DNA from: Opitutia bacterium
Lineage (GTDB): Bacteria > Verrucomicrobiota > Verrucomicrobiia > Opitutales > JANOBW01
Length of the DNA: 55,297 nt
Assembly: GCA_031411855.1 (NCBI GenBank)
Contig: JANOBW010000412.1
Coordinates: 1 to 55,297, forward strand
Direction: 5' to 3'
Shown here: positions 1 to 9,700 of the stretch, piece after piece
Layout of the letters: the number at the start of each line of letters is the position of its first letter
Numbering within the stretch: position 1 is the first letter of the stretch
Notes under the pieces: model-generated
Databases searched by the model: none
Told to the model about the DNA's origin: nothing
What the model saw: the letters and a program-made list of their open reading frames with translations, nothing else
Made by a program: the position numbers and the translations under genes

Positions 1-1770
1 AACGCCCTGGCCAACACCACCGGCATCACCATCGCCGGCGGCAGCACCCTCTCCACCAGCGTGGACGGCATCACCCTCGCCGCCCCCATCACTCTCGGGA
101 CCACGGGCACCAACTCCACCATCCTGTTCAGCCGGAACACCTCGGCGGTCGGCAACCTCAACCTCAACGGCCTCATCAGCGGCGACGGCAACCTCGTCTT
201 CTCCACCCCCAACGTGGGCAGCGGGGGCAACGTCCAGACCATGGTTCTGGGCTCCGCCAACACCTACGCCGGCACCACCACCATCACCACGGGTAATGTC
301 AACAACTCCGTCACCATCAAGGCGGGTGCGGCCAATGCCCTCCCCGCCACCACCGTCCTCACCCTCAACGGCGGCACCGGCACGGGCACCGGCCGCACCG
401 TCGCCTACGACCTGAACGGCTTCAGCCAGACCCTCGCCGGACTCACCAACACCACGGGGCTCTCCCTGAGAAACCAGCGGGTCATCAACAGCAGCGCCAC
501 CGCCGCCACGCTGACGCTCAACAACACCGCCGACTTCACCTACTCCGGCGAGCTGGGCAACGGCGCGGCCAGCAACTTCGGCCTCACCAAAACCGGCTCC
601 GCCAAGTTCACCCTTTCCGCCACCAACTCCTTCAGCGGCCCGACCACGGTCAACGCCGGCATCCTGAGCCTGTCCAGCAGCCTGGGCCTGCGCAACAGTC
701 CGCTGGACACACTCAACAGTGTCGCCGGCGACGCCTCCAACGGCCTCCAAACCACCGTGACGGCTCTCACCCTCGGCGGTCTCTCCGGCAACAAAAACCT
801 CGCCTCCGTTTTCACCACGGCCTCCGGCGGTTATGACACGGTGACGGCCCTCACGCTCAACCCCGGCACCGGCAGCCTCAGCTATTCCGGCGCCATCGCC
901 GATGGCGCGGCCGGCATGACGCTCACCAAGACGGGCGCCGGCACCCAGATCCTCTCCGGCGTCAGCACTTACACCGGCGGCACCACCGTTTCCGCCGGCA
1001 CCCTCACCGCCGGAAACGCCGGCGCCTTCGGTTCGGGCAACATCACCGTCAACACCGGGGGCACCCTCGATGTCGCCAGCCTGACCGTCCCCAACACCAT
1101 CACCCTCAATGGCGGCAGCCTCGTCGGAGCCTCCTCCATCCCCGGTCCCACCTCGGTTTCCGGTTCCTCGACCCTCAACTCCAACGGGGTGACCTTCACC
1201 GGTGCCGTCACCGTCGGCGCCGGCGGTTCGGTCTCCGGCACCGGAGTTCTCTCCGGCGGCCTTGTCATCAACACCGGGGGCACACTTTCCCCTGGAAACT
1301 CCCCCGGCACCCTCAACGCCGGAAACACCGTCTGGAACGGCGGGGGCAGCTACCGCTGGGAGCTCAACTCTGTCGTCGTGGCCCCGGGCGCCAGCCAGGA
1401 TTTCCTCAACATCACAGGCACGCTCACGATCAACGCCACCAGTGGCGACAAGTTCAATGTGAACGTCATTTCCCTCACCGGTGCGAACGTCGCCGGTCTC
1501 GTCCCCGATTTTGCGAGCGTCCATCCCGGCTACGCCTGGACCATTGTGTCCGCCTCCGGGGGGATCGCGAACTTCACCGCCGGCGCCTTCAACCTGGACC
1601 TGACCGGTTTCCAAAACGTGAGCGTTCCGGCCGACTGGCAGGTTCAAAACATCGGCAACAACATCCTGCTCGTTTACGTCCCCGAACCCTCCTCCTACGC
1701 CGCCCTCGCCGGCCTGGCCGCCCTCGGCCTGGCCTGGAAACGCCGCCGCCCACAAAGCACCGCCCCCTGA
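1..1770 (+). CDS. Autotransporter-associated beta-strand repeat protein with C-terminal PEP-CTERM sorting signal (5'-truncated by window edge)
   Basis: Frame is open from base 1. It has LTKTGAGTQILSGVSTYTGGTTVSAGTL-type repeats and an LSPGNSPGTL motif, and ends VPEPSSYAALAGLAALGLAWKRRR (PEP + TM + basic tail). Confidence 0.92.
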   Translation, partial: NALANTTGITIAGGSTLSTSVDGITLAAPITLGTTGTNSTILFSRNTSAVGNLNLNGLISGDGNLVFSTPNVGSGGNVQTMVLGSANTYAGTTTITTGNVNNSVTIKAGAANALPATTVLTLNGGTGTGTGRTVAYDLNGFSQTLAGLTNTTGLSLRNQRVINSSATAATLTLNNTADFTYSGELGNGAASNFGLTKTGSAKFTLSATNSFSGPTTVNAGILSLSSSLGLRNSPLDTLNSVAGDASNGLQTTVTALTLGGLSGNKNLASVFTTASGGYDTVTALTLNPGTGSLSYSGAIADGAAGMTLTKTGAGTQILSGVSTYTGGTTVSAGTLTAGNAGAFGSGNITVNTGGTLDVASLTVPNTITLNGGSLVGASSIPGPTSVSGSSTLNSNGVTFTGAVTVGAGGSVSGTGVLSGGLVINTGGTLSPGNSPGTLNAGNTVWNGGGSYRWELNSVVVAPGASQDFLNITGTLTINATSGDKFNVNVISLTGANVAGLVPDFASVHPGYAWTIVSASGGIANFTAGAFNLDLTGFQNVSVPADWQVQNIGNNILLVYVPEPSSYAALAGLAALGLAWKRRRPQSTAP

Positions 1771-1816
1771 TCCCGCATCTCCCCTCCCTCCTCCATCTCT
1801 TATCGCCCCTTTGCCC

Positions 1817-4774
1817 ATGAAACCCTCCCTCCGCCTCACCTCCCTCGTTCCTTCCGCCCGCCTTGGCCTCGCCGCCGCCTTAGCCCTGGCCGGCCTCCAA
1901 GCCCACGCCGCCGATGGCACCTGGATCATCGCCCCCGCCGGCACCACCGCCGTGAACTGGAGCAGCGCCGGCCTCTGGTCCGGCGGCACCGTCGCCGACG
2001 GTGCCGGCTTCACCGCCAGCTTCACGGGCGTGGACATCACCGCCGCCAAGACCGTGACCCTCGATACCGCCCGCACCATCGGCAACATCACCTTCACCGA
2101 CGCGACCACCGCCAACAACAACCTCACCGTCAGCGGGGCCAACACCCTCACCCTGGATGTCGCCACGGGCTCACCCACACTGAACATCACCAACCAGACC
2201 CTCACCATATCGAGCGTGATCGCCGGGACCAAGGGCTTCTCCAAAATCGGGGCCGGCATTCTCAGTCTCTCCGGGGCCAACACCCTCACAGGCCCCATCT
2301 CCGTCAGCGCGGGCACCGTGAACATCATCAATTACGCCGGCCTGGGCGGAACGGTTCCGGGCACCGACGCCCCCTCGTCCATCGCAGTCAGCGGCGGGGC
2401 CAGTCTCAACCTCCAGCAGGTGGGAACCGGCACCACGGTGGACACCAATTACCCCAACCTCAGCCTCGACGGCAACCTCCGCACCACGGGAGGAAGCGGC
2501 ACCAACCAACTTCTCCTTACCTGGGCCGGAAGCGTCACCCTCACCGGCAACAGCCTCATCTGGCCCAATGGCAACGGTGCGATCAGGATATCCGGTCCCA
2601 TAGACCTGGGCTCCAACACCCTGACCTACCAGACCGACGGCAGCATCGGCAGTAACATCATCACCGGTGGCATCATCGGCTCCGGCAATTTGGTCAAGAC
2701 TTCCGGAAACACCCTTTTCCTCAATTCCGCCACCACCTTCACCGGAACCACCACGATCGGCGCGGGCGTCCTTTCCCTCGGCCATCTCACCGCCCTGGCC
2801 AACACCAGCGGCGTCACCATCTCCGGCGGAGCGACCCTTTCCACCAGCGTGGATGCCGTCACGCTCGCCATGCCGATCACCCTGGGGGCCACGGCCACCA
2901 CTTCCACGATCCAGTTCAGCCGCAGCACCGGCGCCGTCGGCTCGATCACCATCAACAGTCTCATCAGCGGCGATGGCAATCTGAGCCTCAGCACACCCAA
3001 TGTGGGCAGCGGGGGCAACATCCAGACCTTCCTCCTCGGCTCGGCCAACACCTACGCGGGCTCCACCACGATCACGACCGCGAACATCAACAACACGACC
3101 ACCATCAAACTTGGTGTCGCCAACGCCCTGCCCGCCACCACGGTGCTCACCATGAACGGCGGAGCTGGCGCAGGCACCGGTCGCACCGTCACCTTCGACC
3201 TCAACGGCTTCGCCCAGACCCTGGCCGGCCTCACCAATGTCACCGGATTGTCCCTCAGAAACCAAAGGGTGACCAACAGCGGGACCCTTGCCACCCTGAC
3301 CATCAACAACGCCGCCAATTTCACCTACGGCGGATTCGTGACCGGCACCACCAACACCTCTTCCACGATCACCGGCAACATCGCCCTGACCAAACAGGGC
3401 GCGGGCACCCTGACCCTCGCCGGCTCCTCCAACTCCTTCAGCGGAGCCACCAAAATCCTCGGCGGCATCCTCAGCCTCGGCCACACCGGTTCCCTGCAAA
3501 ACAGCGTCCTCGACACCCTCAACAGCGTGGTCGGCGACGCCTCCAACGGCCTGCAGACCACCGTGTCGGCCCTGACACTGGGCGGGATCTCCGGCAACAA
3601 GGACCTTGCCTCCGTCTTCACCGCCACCGCCGGCGGCTATGTCGGTTTGACCGCTCTCACACTGAATCCCGCCTCCGGCACGCAAAGTTATTCCGGCGTC
3701 ATCGCCGACGGCGATGCCATGACCCTCACCAAGACGGGCGCGGGCACCCAGGTCCTCTCCGGGGCCAGCACCTACACCGGCGGCACCACCGTTTCCGCCG
3801 GCACCCTCGTGATGGGAAACCCCGCCGCCCTCGGCACCGGCCCGGTCGCCGTCAACGGCGGCACCCTCCGCCTCGATGCCGTCCCCGCCTCCGGACCCAT
3901 CTCCTTGAACTCGGGTGGCACCGTCAATCTGGGCGGCCAGACCCTCGCCAATGCCCTCACCCTTCCCGCCGGTTCCACCCTCACCGGCTCCGGCACCCTC
4001 TCCGCCGCCACCGACACCTGCGCCGCCACCGTCAACCCGGGCGACACCCTCGGCACGATCAGTTTCACCAACGCCGCCCTGGCCCTCTCGGGACCGGCCA
4101 GCCTCGAGATCGGCGGCACCACCAGCGGCACCTACGATACCGTCGCCTCCTCCGGCAGCATCGCCCTCTCCGGAAATGTGACGGTCACCTTCGTCAACAG
4201 CTTCACCCCCGTCGTCGGCAATTCCTGGCATCTTTTCGCGGCCGGCGGCTCCTTTGCCGCCAGCGGAACCCTCACCCTCCCCACGCTGACCGGCAGCCTC
4301 GCCTGGGACACCTCGACCTTCGCCACCACGGGCGTGGTCAGCGTCGTCGCCACCGGGCCGACTTTGGCCGCCTTTAACACGGCCAAGTTCACCGCCGGAG
4401 AACTCTTGGACCCCCTCGTCTCCGGCCCCAACGCCGACCCCGACGGCGACGGCATCAGCAACCTCATGGAATACGCCTTTGCCTCCGAGCCGAAGGTCTC
4501 CAACCGCGCCAACATGCCCGCCTCAAACATCGTCGTGGACACCGGCTCCAGCTACGTCGGATGCGTTTATACCCGGGTGAAAGGGGCCTCCGACCTGACC
4601 TTCACCCCGCAATTCGCCTCCGGTCCCGAGGACGCCTCCTTCTCACCCTCGGCCGCGACCATCCTTGGCATTGTGGACAACGGCAACGGCACCGAAACCG
4701 TCACCCTGCGTGACAACGCTCCCGTCCCGTCGGGAGGCAAACGCTTCGTCCGCATCCAAGTCATCTCCCAGTGA
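1817..4774 (+). CDS. Secreted autotransporter-associated beta-strand repeat protein with C-terminal DPDGDG/EYA...RFVR domain
   Basis: ATG at 1817; signal peptide ending AHA-A; several G(A/T)GTLTLxGxNT(Y/F)xGxTxxxxGxL repeats; no C-terminal beta-barrel; ends ...RFVRIQVISQ. Confidence 0.88.
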   Translation: MKPSLRLTSLVPSARLGLAAALALAGLQAHAADGTWIIAPAGTTAVNWSSAGLWSGGTVADGAGFTASFTGVDITAAKTVTLDTARTIGNITFTDATTANNNLTVSGANTLTLDVATGSPTLNITNQTLTISSVIAGTKGFSKIGAGILSLSGANTLTGPISVSAGTVNIINYAGLGGTVPGTDAPSSIAVSGGASLNLQQVGTGTTVDTNYPNLSLDGNLRTTGGSGTNQLLLTWAGSVTLTGNSLIWPNGNGAIRISGPIDLGSNTLTYQTDGSIGSNIITGGIIGSGNLVKTSGNTLFLNSATTFTGTTTIGAGVLSLGHLTALANTSGVTISGGATLSTSVDAVTLAMPITLGATATTSTIQFSRSTGAVGSITINSLISGDGNLSLSTPNVGSGGNIQTFLLGSANTYAGSTTITTANINNTTTIKLGVANALPATTVLTMNGGAGAGTGRTVTFDLNGFAQTLAGLTNVTGLSLRNQRVTNSGTLATLTINNAANFTYGGFVTGTTNTSSTITGNIALTKQGAGTLTLAGSSNSFSGATKILGGILSLGHTGSLQNSVLDTLNSVVGDASNGLQTTVSALTLGGISGNKDLASVFTATAGGYVGLTALTLNPASGTQSYSGVIADGDAMTLTKTGAGTQVLSGASTYTGGTTVSAGTLVMGNPAALGTGPVAVNGGTLRLDAVPASGPISLNSGGTVNLGGQTLANALTLPAGSTLTGSGTLSAATDTCAATVNPGDTLGTISFTNAALALSGPASLEIGGTTSGTYDTVASSGSIALSGNVTVTFVNSFTPVVGNSWHLFAAGGSFAASGTLTLPTLTGSLAWDTSTFATTGVVSVVATGPTLAAFNTAKFTAGELLDPLVSGPNADPDGDGISNLMEYAFASEPKVSNRANMPASNIVVDTGSSYVGCVYTRVKGASDLTFTPQFASGPEDASFSPSAATILGIVDNGNGTETVTLRDNAPVPSGGKRFVRIQVISQ

Positions 4775-4801
4775 GAGGGAGGGCATTCCTCCGTTGCCAC
4801 C

Positions 4802-4899
4802 CCGTGGGTCCTTTTCACGCCTCCCTCCGGTCCGAACCCTCGGTTTTGACAAAGACCGGAGGGAGGTTTACCAAGGACTTTTGACCAAGACCTCCACGG
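4802..4899. other. Long intergenic stem-loop
   Basis: Perfect 13-bp stem CCTCCCTCCGGTC (4820-4832) / GACCGGAGGGAGG (4854-4866), extended by GTCCTT/AAGGAC and CCGTGG/CCACGG. Confidence 0.55.
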
Positions 4900-4963
4900 C
4901 AGGCATGGCAAACTGGCTGTCACCGCGGCGTCTTGGCTTCCCACAACACCTCGGATCCGTCCC

Positions 4964-6661
4964 ATGCCCCGCCTCCCGTCCCTCGCTGCCCTTTGCCTCG
5001 CCCTGCTCGTCTCCCTCGGCCCCGCCCTCCGCGCCCAGGCCGGGCCCGTCCCTCCGCCCGTTTATGACCTCGTCGTTTACGGCGACTCCTCCGCCGCCGT
5101 CACCGCCGCCGTCTCGGCCCGGCGCGAGGGGCGCTCCGTCATCCTCGTCAACCCCGCCGGCTTCCCCGGCGGCATGAGCGCCAGCGGCCTCGGCGCGACC
5201 GATTTCCTCGGCCGCCGGGGCACCTTCGGGGGCATCGCCTCCGAATTCTACGACCTCGTCGCCCAGGCCTACGGCACGGATTTTGTCCGCAGCTTCGAGC
5301 CCGGGGTCGGCCGCCGCGCCTTTGAGAAACTCATCGCCGATTCGGGCCTCGAGGTCGTTTACCACGCCAGGCTTGACCGCGCCTCCGGCAAGGGTGTCGC
5401 CCTGGAGGGGAAACGCATCGCCACCATCACCACCCTCGACGGCCGCACCTACCGGGGCCGCATGTTCCTCGACGCCACCTACGTGGGCGATCTGATGGCC
5501 GCCGCCGGCGTCCCCTTCACCGTCGGCCGCGAACCCGAGAGCCAATACGGGGAAACCCTCGCCGGTGTCCGCCGGGGTGACACCAGGCCCCGCGTCCACT
5601 ACACCCAAAAGGACAAGGATCACTTCATCAAGGACGTGTCCCCCTATGTCGTGGCGGACGACCCCGCCAGCGGTCTCCTGCCTTTGGTCCAAAAAATTGA
5701 CGGCCTCGCCAACGGCCAGGGCGACCGCAAGATCCAGGCCTACAACTACCGCGTCTGCCTCACCACCGATCCCTCCCTCCGCCTCCCCATCGAAAAACCC
5801 GAGGGCTACCGCGAGGCCGACCACGAGCTTCTCCTCCGCAACTTCGAGGCCGGCGACACCCGCCTGCCCGCCCTCATCGAGCCCCTCTCCGGCCCGGGCT
5901 CCAAGGTGGACTGGAACAACATGCACGCCGTCGGCTCCGACCAGCCCGGGGCCAACTGGGACTATCCCGAGGCCTCCTACGAAAGGCGCCATGAGATCGA
6001 GAAACAGCATGAGACCTACCTCCGCGGCCTGCTCTGGACCCTGTCCCACAGCCCCCGCGTCCCCGAAGCCATCCGCAAAAAAGTGTCCGCCTACGGCATG
6101 GCCCGGGACGAGTTCACCGACAACGGCGGCTGGCCTTACATGATCTACATCCGCGAGGCCCGCCGCATGGTGTCCGACTACGTCATGACCCAGCTCGACT
6201 GCGAGGGCAAACGCTCCGCCACCGACCCCGTCGCCCTCGGCTCCTTCGGCATGGATTCCCATGTCGTCCAACTGTTTGTCAACGAGAAGGGCTTCGTCCA
6301 GGGAGAGGGCTGCATCTGGCGCGTCCCGCCCCGCCCCTACGGCATCTCCTACCGCGCGATCATCCCTCCCCGCGGCGGCTGCGAAAACCTCCTTGTCCCC
6401 CTCTGCCTCTCCACTTCGCACGTCGCCCACGGCTCCATCCGCATGGAGCCGGTCTTCATGGCCCTGGCCCAAAGCGCCGCCATCGCCGCCGGGACCGCCA
6501 TCGACCTCAAGGTCGCCGTCCAGGACCTTCCCTACGATGCCCTCCGGCCCCGCCTCCTCAAAGCCGGCCAGATCCTCACTCCCGCCGCCACCAAAACCAC
6601 CCCGGCTGAACTGCAAAAACCAAAGGGAAAAAACCAAAGGGACGCGCCCCCCCGGCCATGA
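4964..6661 (+). CDS. Secreted FAD-dependent oxidoreductase (FAD_oxidored/PF12831-like)
   Basis: Signal peptide, then YDLVVYGDSSAAVTAAVSA Rossmann start, GGMSASGLG, FLDATYVGDL, YIREARRM and SHVAHGSIRMEPVFM motifs. Confidence 0.88.
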   Translation: MPRLPSLAALCLALLVSLGPALRAQAGPVPPPVYDLVVYGDSSAAVTAAVSARREGRSVILVNPAGFPGGMSASGLGATDFLGRRGTFGGIASEFYDLVAQAYGTDFVRSFEPGVGRRAFEKLIADSGLEVVYHARLDRASGKGVALEGKRIATITTLDGRTYRGRMFLDATYVGDLMAAAGVPFTVGREPESQYGETLAGVRRGDTRPRVHYTQKDKDHFIKDVSPYVVADDPASGLLPLVQKIDGLANGQGDRKIQAYNYRVCLTTDPSLRLPIEKPEGYREADHELLLRNFEAGDTRLPALIEPLSGPGSKVDWNNMHAVGSDQPGANWDYPEASYERRHEIEKQHETYLRGLLWTLSHSPRVPEAIRKKVSAYGMARDEFTDNGGWPYMIYIREARRMVSDYVMTQLDCEGKRSATDPVALGSFGMDSHVVQLFVNEKGFVQGEGCIWRVPPRPYGISYRAIIPPRGGCENLLVPLCLSTSHVAHGSIRMEPVFMALAQSAAIAAGTAIDLKVAVQDLPYDALRPRLLKAGQILTPAATKTTPAELQKPKGKNQRDAPPRP

Positions 6662-6704
6662 TTCGCCCTGACCCAACGGCTTGAAAAACACCCCGCCCCT
6701 ACCC

Positions 6705-9700
6705 ATGAATGATTCCGGCACCACCCCCAACGGCCGCCTCCGCCGACCAGGGACACTCGCCTCCACCCGGGTCTTGTTTCGTCCCGTCGTGTTTTTCGTC
6801 GTGTCGGCGCTGCTAGGCCTGGCCGCCCCCGCTGCGCAGGCCGCCACGAGGTATTGGGACGGCGGGATCGTTGACATCGCGGCCAACGGTGATGGCAACA
6901 GCGACGGCACCAGCGGCACCTGGAACACCACCCTCAAAAACTGGGATCAGGGCAGCGGTCTGGCCCATGTCGCCTGGGTGAATGGCGGCAACGTGGCGGA
7001 CATCAACGGCGCGTCGCAAAACATCACGCTCGGCGCGAATATCATCCTCGGGGGAATGGTTCAAAAATCGGGGGGGACCGTCACCATCAATGCCGGCAGC
7101 GGGCCTTACACCCTCACGTTGAACAATACCGGAGCCAACACCTTCCTGGCGGCCGCCAACACCACCACCGGCAGGACCTTGACGGTGAACGCGGTGATCG
7201 CGGGAGGAGCCGACAAAAATCTGGTTCTGGCCGGCCCGGCCACCTCCGACACCGGCACCATCAATCTGGGAGGTGCCAACACCCACAACGGCACCACCAG
7301 CTTCAGCGCCGGTGCCACGGGCGGCGCCATCGTTTACCTCAAGAACCGGCTCGCGTTGCAGAACAGCACCGTGACCCTGAGCTCGGATGCCAACCTGATC
7401 TTCGACAGCAGCGTGGCCACGGATGCCTTCACCTTCGGCGGCCTGGCCGCCAGCGGCGCCGGCACCGGTTTCAACCTCGCCCTTCGCAACAACGACGCCA
7501 CCAGCTCTCCCATCGCCCTGACCGTGGGTGGAAACAACAACAGCACCACTTACAAGGGTGTGCTCAGCGGGGGCGGTTCGCTCATCAAGACGGGCACTGG
7601 CACCCTGGTTCTCGCCGGGGCCAACACCCACACCGGCACCACCACGGTGAGCGCCGGCACCCTGCAGGTGGACGGCAGCACCGCCAGCCCCACCACGGTC
7701 AGCAGCGGGGCCACCTTGGCCGGAGATGGGTTGGTCAACGGGGCCGTCACCGTGGACGCCGGTGGCGCGATCACGGCCGGGGCCAGCAACCTCACCGTTT
7801 CCAGCCTGACCTTCGGCGGCACGGCCACTGTCAAGGTGGACACCCTTTCCGGCTACACCGGCGCGGCCGCCCTCAAGGTGAACAACTCGCTGACTGTCAG
7901 CGGCGGAGCGGGGGCGGTGACACTCAACCTGCCGACGGCCCTGGGGTTTAACGGCGCCTTCCATCTGATCCAATGCGGCAGCGGCCTCGCCAATGCCAGC
8001 GGCTTCACCCTCGGCACCGTTCCCACCCTCGCCTGGAATCAGACCGGCACCCTGCGGGTCAACGGAAACTATCTGGACTATGTCATCACCGCCGCCGGCG
8101 ACACCACGCCGCCCACCCTGGGCGGCACCCTCCCGGCCAACAACGCCGCCAAGGTGTTGGCCGATGCCGACCTCGTGGCGACCTTCGACGAGACGGTCGT
8201 GCCCGGCAGCGGCAGCATCGAGCTGCGCCGGAGCAGCGATGCCAGCCTGGTCGAATCGTTCAACGTGGCTTCCTCCCCCCGGCTGGTCTTCAGCACCGCG
8301 CAGGTGATCATCCAGCCCACCAATGTCCTCCCCACGGGCCAGAGTTATTACCTGCTGATCCCCGCCGGCGCCATCAAGGATACCTCGGGCAACAGCTACG
8401 CCGGCCTCACCACGAACACGGGCTGGAAGTTCACCGTGCCCGTTCCGCCGGTGCTCTACACGGATACCGGCAGCCCGGCGAACCCGCTGTGGAGCGCCAT
8501 CTTGCCCACGCTGAACGTGGATTCCGCGGACAACGGCCCGGTCTATGGCTCGCTCATCAACGTCAACAACGCCGCCGTTGAGACGGGGCTCTACGGCAAC
8601 CGTCCGATCTCGGTTGGCGCGCTGAGAATCCATGTCGCCTGCAACACCTCCACGTCGAACTTCGCGGATTTCACCCGGTGGTTTCAAACCGACGGGAAGA
8701 CGCATGTCCTCCGGGTTTTTGTCAACGATGAGAACACCGCCACCACACGGGCCGGCACCTCCTCGCACACCGAGGCCTTCACCGCCGATGGCTGGAGTTA
8801 CACCGACTACATGACCTACGAATGGACCGCTCATTACACCATCGCCCGCCTACAGCAGGGCTATTGCTGCTTTCAACTTAAGAACACCGATAATGATTGG
8901 GCGGTTCAGCTCAGCATGGGCACCAATGGTTCGCTGACCGTGAACAATCGCACCGGCACCGACACGGTCGTCACCAATCCCGATGGCAGCGCGAAGAATT
9001 TTGACGGACTCGGTTTCGATGTCCGGGTGCTCGACGACGGCCTGAATTACAAGGTGTGGGTTGACGGTGTGTTGTATGCCTCCAGCAGCTACTCCCGACC
9101 CACCGGAACCACCGCCTTTCGCTGGGGCATGTATTTCGGCGCCAACAAGCTGAACGCCCCGGCCGACTACAACCTCATCCTCGTCAGCGGCGCGCAGGTG
9201 CAATCCTGGCCCGGCACCCTGGCCAAGGCCACCACAGAGATCACCAAGGCCAACAACATGACCAGTCTGGACAACGGGGCCAGCTGGGTGGGAGGCGTGG
9301 ATCCGGGGCTTTACCAACAGGCCGTCTGGAACAGCACGGTCACCGCCGCCAACACGACCACCCTCCCCAGCTATCAGCAATGGGCGGGGCTCAAAATCAC
9401 GAATCCCGGAGGAACGGTGACCCTCAATGGCAGCGCGACCCTCGGCCTTGATGAATCGGGGGTGGATATGACCGCCGCCACGCAGAATCTGACCGTGAAC
9501 TGCCCGGTGCAGATGACAGCCCCAAGCATCTGGAATGTCGCTTCGGGGCGCAAAGCCACCTTCAATGGCATCATCAGCGGCTACGCGGGCCTTATGATGA
9601 GCGGCACGGGAACCATCCAGTTGGAGGCCGCGAACACCTACACCGGCGACACGACCCTGAACGGCGGCATGTTGGTGGCAAACGACAACTCCGCCTTGGG

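Noticed and set aside
6610-6660. GCAAAAACC...GAAA...GGGACGC...CCGGCC resembling a c-di-GMP-I riboswitch before a surface-protein gene
   Set aside because: The would-be P2 stem does not pair. It is a tandem AAAAACCAAAGGG duplication inside the coding tail of the oxidoreductase.
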